Below, piece by piece: positions 33,771-36,732 of a DNA stretch of 36,732 bases. The notes below the pieces were generated by a model, which was not told the DNA's origin, searched no databases, and saw nothing but the letters and a program-made list of their open reading frames with translations. The stretch comes from an uncultured bacterium (GTDB lineage Bacteria > Actinomycetota > Actinomycetes > Mycobacteriales > SCTD01), in the NCBI GenBank assembly GCA_964243385.1, contig CAXTFU010000007.1:1-36732 (forward strand), given 5' to 3'. The translations under genes and the position numbers were made by a program. Numbering within the stretch: position 1 is the first letter of the stretch; each line of letters starts with the position of its first letter.

Positions 33771-34427
33771 ATGCCGAGGATCGTTCTTGTCGAGTCAATA
33801 CCGGACGAGGTCCTGGCGCCGGCGCTGCAGACGAACCTGGGGCGCGCACTGTTCAACAACCCGGACCTCTGCCTGGCGTTCAAGGCGCTCGCGTCGAGCG
33901 TGCACTTCAAGTCACACCTCGACCCGCGGTTGCGTGAGCTCGTCGTGCTGCGCATCAGCGCCGTGCTGCAGTCGGACGTCGAGTGGGGCCAGCACTTCCG
34001 GATCGCCACTACGGCGGAGGTCTACGGGGAGGTCAGCGTCTCCGTGGCAGAAGCGCGCGCCGTCCGCGACGGCGAGCTCGACGGGTTCCCGCCGAAGGAG
34101 ATGGTCGCGATGGAGTACGCCGTCGCTTTCGACAGCAACGCCGTCGACGACGACATGTGGTCGCGCGTCTCCGGTCACCTCACCGACATCGAGGTCCTCG
34201 ACCTCACTGTTCTCGCCGGCGTGTACGGCATGGCGGGACGGCTGACCAACGGTCTCGCAGTACCTATGGACGAGGGCATGTCGCCACTCGCTGCTCTGGA
34301 CGAGGTACACGGGTCCGGCGCGGAGCCCGCTTCGCGGGACAGTCCGGCGCTGCGACAGTTGCCCGTGGGCCGCGTGCAAAGGTCACTGGCGGCACAGCGC
34401 CCCACCGAGAACGGGAGGGATCTTTGA
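33771..34427 (+). CDS. Carboxymuconolactone decarboxylase (CMD/AhpD-like) family protein
   Basis: The CMD-type helical repeat reads LDPRLRELVVLRISAVLQSDVEWGQHF...KEMVAMEYAVAF. AAGGAGGA lies upstream of the ATG at 33771. Confidence 0.8.
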   Translation: MPRIVLVESIPDEVLAPALQTNLGRALFNNPDLCLAFKALASSVHFKSHLDPRLRELVVLRISAVLQSDVEWGQHFRIATTAEVYGEVSVSVAEARAVRDGELDGFPPKEMVAMEYAVAFDSNAVDDDMWSRVSGHLTDIEVLDLTVLAGVYGMAGRLTNGLAVPMDEGMSPLAALDEVHGSGAEPASRDSPALRQLPVGRVQRSLAAQRPTENGRDL

Positions 34428-34834
34428 GCGACAAGTGCCTTCCTGGCCCGACGCCCGAGACGCAGCCGTTCTGGGACGGCGCACGACGCGGGGAGCTCTG
34501 GCTTCCGACTTGCGTCGACACGGGAAGGACGTTCCTCCCGCCGCGCGCCCTCTCGCCGTTCACCGGCGGGCAAGTGCGCTGGAGCAGGGCAAGCGGGCGG
34601 GCGACGTTGGCCTCCTACGTCATCGTTCACCGTCCCGCCCCCGGCTTCGAAGAGGAGACGCCGTACGTCGTGGGGCTGGCGGCGCTCGACGAGGGGGCGC
34701 ACATGCTGACGAACCTGCCCGGTGCCTCGGCCGACCCGGACCGGCTGCCCATCGGCGCAGCGCTCGAGGTCGTGTTCGAGCAGCGGGGCGACCTGGCCGT
34801 GCCGCAGTTCCGCCTGGTGGACGCGTCGGCATGA
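34424..34834 (+). CDS. DUF35 OB-fold / zinc-ribbon protein (thiolase partner)
   Basis: The sequence PFWDGARRGELWLPTC...GRATLASYVIVHRP...PYVVGLAALDEGAHMLTNL fits DUF35. The TTG start overlaps the previous stop (TTGA), with GGGAGGGA upstream. Confidence 0.85.
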   Translation: MSDKCLPGPTPETQPFWDGARRGELWLPTCVDTGRTFLPPRALSPFTGGQVRWSRASGRATLASYVIVHRPAPGFEEETPYVVGLAALDEGAHMLTNLPGASADPDRLPIGAALEVVFEQRGDLAVPQFRLVDASA

Positions 34835-35976
34835 GCGGCGGTTCGCAGGACGTCGTGATCGTCGGGGCGCAGGAGTCCGCGCGCCTGGGCGTCGTGCCCG
34901 ACCTGACGGCCATGTCGCTCGCCTGCGAAAGCGCTGGCCTCGCTCTCGCCGATGCGGGTCTGCCGATGGCCGCCGTGGACGGCCTGGCCGCGGTGCTGCC
35001 GCCCGTCGAGGTCGCTTTCATGCTGGGGATTCGTCCGCGCTGGCTCGACGGCACCAACGTGGGCGGCTGCTCGTACATGCTGCACGTCAGGCATGCGGCG
35101 GCCGCGCTCTTGGCAGGCCACGCCAGTGTCGTCGTCGTTGCTCATGGCGAGTCGGGCCGGACGGGCCTGGGCAGGCCGGCCTACGCCGTAGACCCAACGA
35201 GCCTCGAGGGACAGTTCGAGACGCCGTACGGGGTCGCCGGCGCCTACTCCCGGTTCACGCTGCCGGTGCTGGCTTACCTGCACAAGCACGGGTTACAGCC
35301 CGAGGATCTCGCGGAGGTGCCGGTCGCGCAGTCGCGCTGGGCGAACCGCAACCCGCGTGCTGTCCGACCGGGCCTGCTCACGACCGAGGACGTGCTGGCC
35401 TCACCACTCATCGCCTGGCCGTTCCACCGGCTGCAGTGCTGCCCGTTGAACGACGGCGGCGGCGCGCTCGTGCTCACGACCCGGGATCGGGCGGCGGATA
35501 TGGACCTGACATTCCCGCCCGTGACTGTGCTGGGCTCAGGTGAGAGTGGGGAAGGACCAAGCGCGCTCTTCATGGAAGACCTCACGTCATCCAGGGCCTT
35601 CCGCGACGCCAGCGCAGAGGCCATGCGGACCGCCCAGGTCACCCACGACGACATCGACCACCTGATGATCTACGACGCGTTCGCGCACCTGCCGCTCTAC
35701 GGCCTGGAGGACACAGGCTTCGTGCGACCCGGGGAGGCCGTGGACTTCATCAAAAGCGGCGCGACCAGCCCGGGGGGGAGGCTGCCCCTGAACACCAACG
35801 GCGGAGGCCTGCTATACGCGCACACCGGCATGTACGGCATGTTCGCACTCCAGGAGGGCGTCCGGCAGATGCGCGGAACCGCGCCCGCGCAAGTCGAGGT
35901 CGCCCGTACCAGCCTCGTGCTGGGCGTAGGCGGCATGTTCAGCGCGGCGGGCGCCGTGGTGCTTGCCGCGGGCTGA
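34831..35976 (+). CDS. Thiolase-like protein (SCP-x / nonspecific lipid-transfer type)
   Basis: The thiolase-fold C-terminal motifs are NTNGGGL and GVGGMF. It has an ATGA overlap with the DUF35 gene, which is the standard DUF35-thiolase pairing. Confidence 0.9.
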   Translation: MSGGSQDVVIVGAQESARLGVVPDLTAMSLACESAGLALADAGLPMAAVDGLAAVLPPVEVAFMLGIRPRWLDGTNVGGCSYMLHVRHAAAALLAGHASVVVVAHGESGRTGLGRPAYAVDPTSLEGQFETPYGVAGAYSRFTLPVLAYLHKHGLQPEDLAEVPVAQSRWANRNPRAVRPGLLTTEDVLASPLIAWPFHRLQCCPLNDGGGALVLTTRDRAADMDLTFPPVTVLGSGESGEGPSALFMEDLTSSRAFRDASAEAMRTAQVTHDDIDHLMIYDAFAHLPLYGLEDTGFVRPGEAVDFIKSGATSPGGRLPLNTNGGGLLYAHTGMYGMFALQEGVRQMRGTAPAQVEVARTSLVLGVGGMFSAAGAVVLAAG

Positions 35977-36059
35977 ACCGGTGGTCCGGCTCCGGTCAGA
36001 GTCCAGCGCAGACGGGTCGAGCAGCCAAACAGGACGAGACCGCCATCGCGGGCGAGCTC

Positions 36060-36357
36060 CCAGCGCCGCCGGGCAGGACGGGCTCCCGTGACTACCAGTC
36101 GGCCTGGGCCGACGTGCTCAAGCCCGACCCGGCCGGGCGCCACGCGCTGCTGATCCGCCGGCACCGTCGCGCCCCGAGCCGCGTCCTTCCGCGCCTACGC
36201 CGCCCACCGCCGGCCAGCCCGGTGAGGGTCGTCGGACGACGCAAGGCCGACAAGGCGTCCTTCCGGTCCGGCGAAGGATCGCCAGCCCGGACCAGCACCA
36301 AGTACGCCGCTGTACCTCGTGGCACCGCGTAACCGTCCTCTCGGCGCGGCGCGGGTG
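36060..36357 (+). pseudogene. Decayed C-terminal relic of an IS701-like DDE transposase
   Basis: Reading across all three plus frames recovers consecutive family-typical blocks. They are AGQDG..DYQSAWADVLKPDPAGRHALLIRRH (frame of track ORF 36114..36332), ASFRAYAAH, VRVVGRR...ASFRSGEG and PDQHQVRRCTSWHRVTVLS. At least three frameshifts separate them. The N-terminal two thirds of the gene are absent. Confidence 0.45.
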
Positions 36358-36402
36358 AGGCGGCTACCGACCCCCGCCCGCACCGATGACTGGTTCGTGT
36401 CC

Positions 36403-36732
36403 TCAGACGCTGGTGTATCCGCCGTCAAGGACACACTCGGCGCCGTTGACGTGCGTGGCCTGGTCGGAGGCCAGGAGCAGAGCCGCCGCCGCGAGGTCGT
36501 CCGGGTCGCCGAGCTGTCCTGTGGGGATCATGCTCGCCATCGCCCTCGCGAACCCGTCCTGCTGGTCCTCGGGACGATGCCGAGCAGGCCGGGGTCCGGA
36601 CCGCCCCGGGGCTGAGCACGTTGATCCGGAAGCCGTCCTTCTGCGCGTTGAGCGTCCAGCTGCGGGCGAAGTTGCGCAGCGCCGCCCCGGTCGCTCCGGA
36701 GACCTCCAGCCGCTGACTGGGACGCCTGGACG
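36403..36732 (-). pseudogene. SDR-family gene, 3' part, apparently disrupted by two single-base frameshifts (partial at the window edge)
   Basis: The minus strand reads ...GAALRNFARSWTLNAQKDGFRINVLSPGAVRTP in one frame. It then reads GLLGIVP in a second frame and EDQQDGFARAMASMIPTGQLGDPDDLAAAALLLASDQATHVNGAECVLDGGYTSV* in a third. The frame breaks occur at short C and G runs near 36586 and 36565. The expected YxxxK position reads SGATG. Confidence 0.5.

Noticed and set aside
31357-33849. An 830-aa minus-strand ORF.
   Set aside because: It lies antisense to the epoxide hydrolase and acyl-CoA synthetase genes and has no motifs.

Overview
This is a very GC-rich window (by eye above 70% GC) of actinobacterial type. 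Because of the GC content, most long ORFs in the six-frame track are antisense or off-frame artefacts. I kept only frames with protein-like composition, recognisable motifs and sensible start contexts.

Layout from left to right:
- 1-7134: an ABC export module on the minus strand (lipoprotein, peptidoglycan-binding adaptor, ATPase, FtsX/MacB-type permease), divergent from a NarL-type two-component system.
- 7135-8839: a 1.7 kb tract with no supportable gene.
- 8840-12750: an EAL phosphodiesterase and an APC amino-acid permease.
- 13170-14731: a hipBA toxin-antitoxin pair.
- 15448-16279: two small membrane ORFs.
- 16803-23205: the stand-out locus. queE-queD lie divergent from a tightly coupled 8-gene operon. 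Its genes are an XRE regulator, an Ogg2-type (COG1059) DNA glycosylase/lyase, a small unknown, a PfkB kinase fused to a nucleoside 2-deoxyribosyltransferase-like domain, a QueC-like enzyme, a SagB/nitroreductase-like protein, a DUF5678-like protein and a retropepsin-like aspartic protease. No TGT/DpdA, QueF, FolE or CD-NTase is present in the window. I read this as a candidate non-canonical 7-deazaguanine nucleotide/DNA system, either a defence or modification system or a deazapurine nucleoside pathway.
- 23981-27336: an orphan livM permease, then an FAH-family hydrolase and an aminotransferase.
- 27883-28923: an intact IS1595-family element with 23-bp perfect inverted repeats and an 8-bp target duplication.
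- 29129-35976: a TetR-controlled catabolic cluster (SDR, epoxide hydrolase, acyl-CoA synthetase, CMD, DUF35, thiolase-like).
- 36060-36732: a decayed IS701-like transposase relic and a frameshifted SDR at the right edge.

By my coordinates roughly 7 kb, about one fifth of the window, has no supportable gene. I saw no tRNA, rRNA or CRISPR array.
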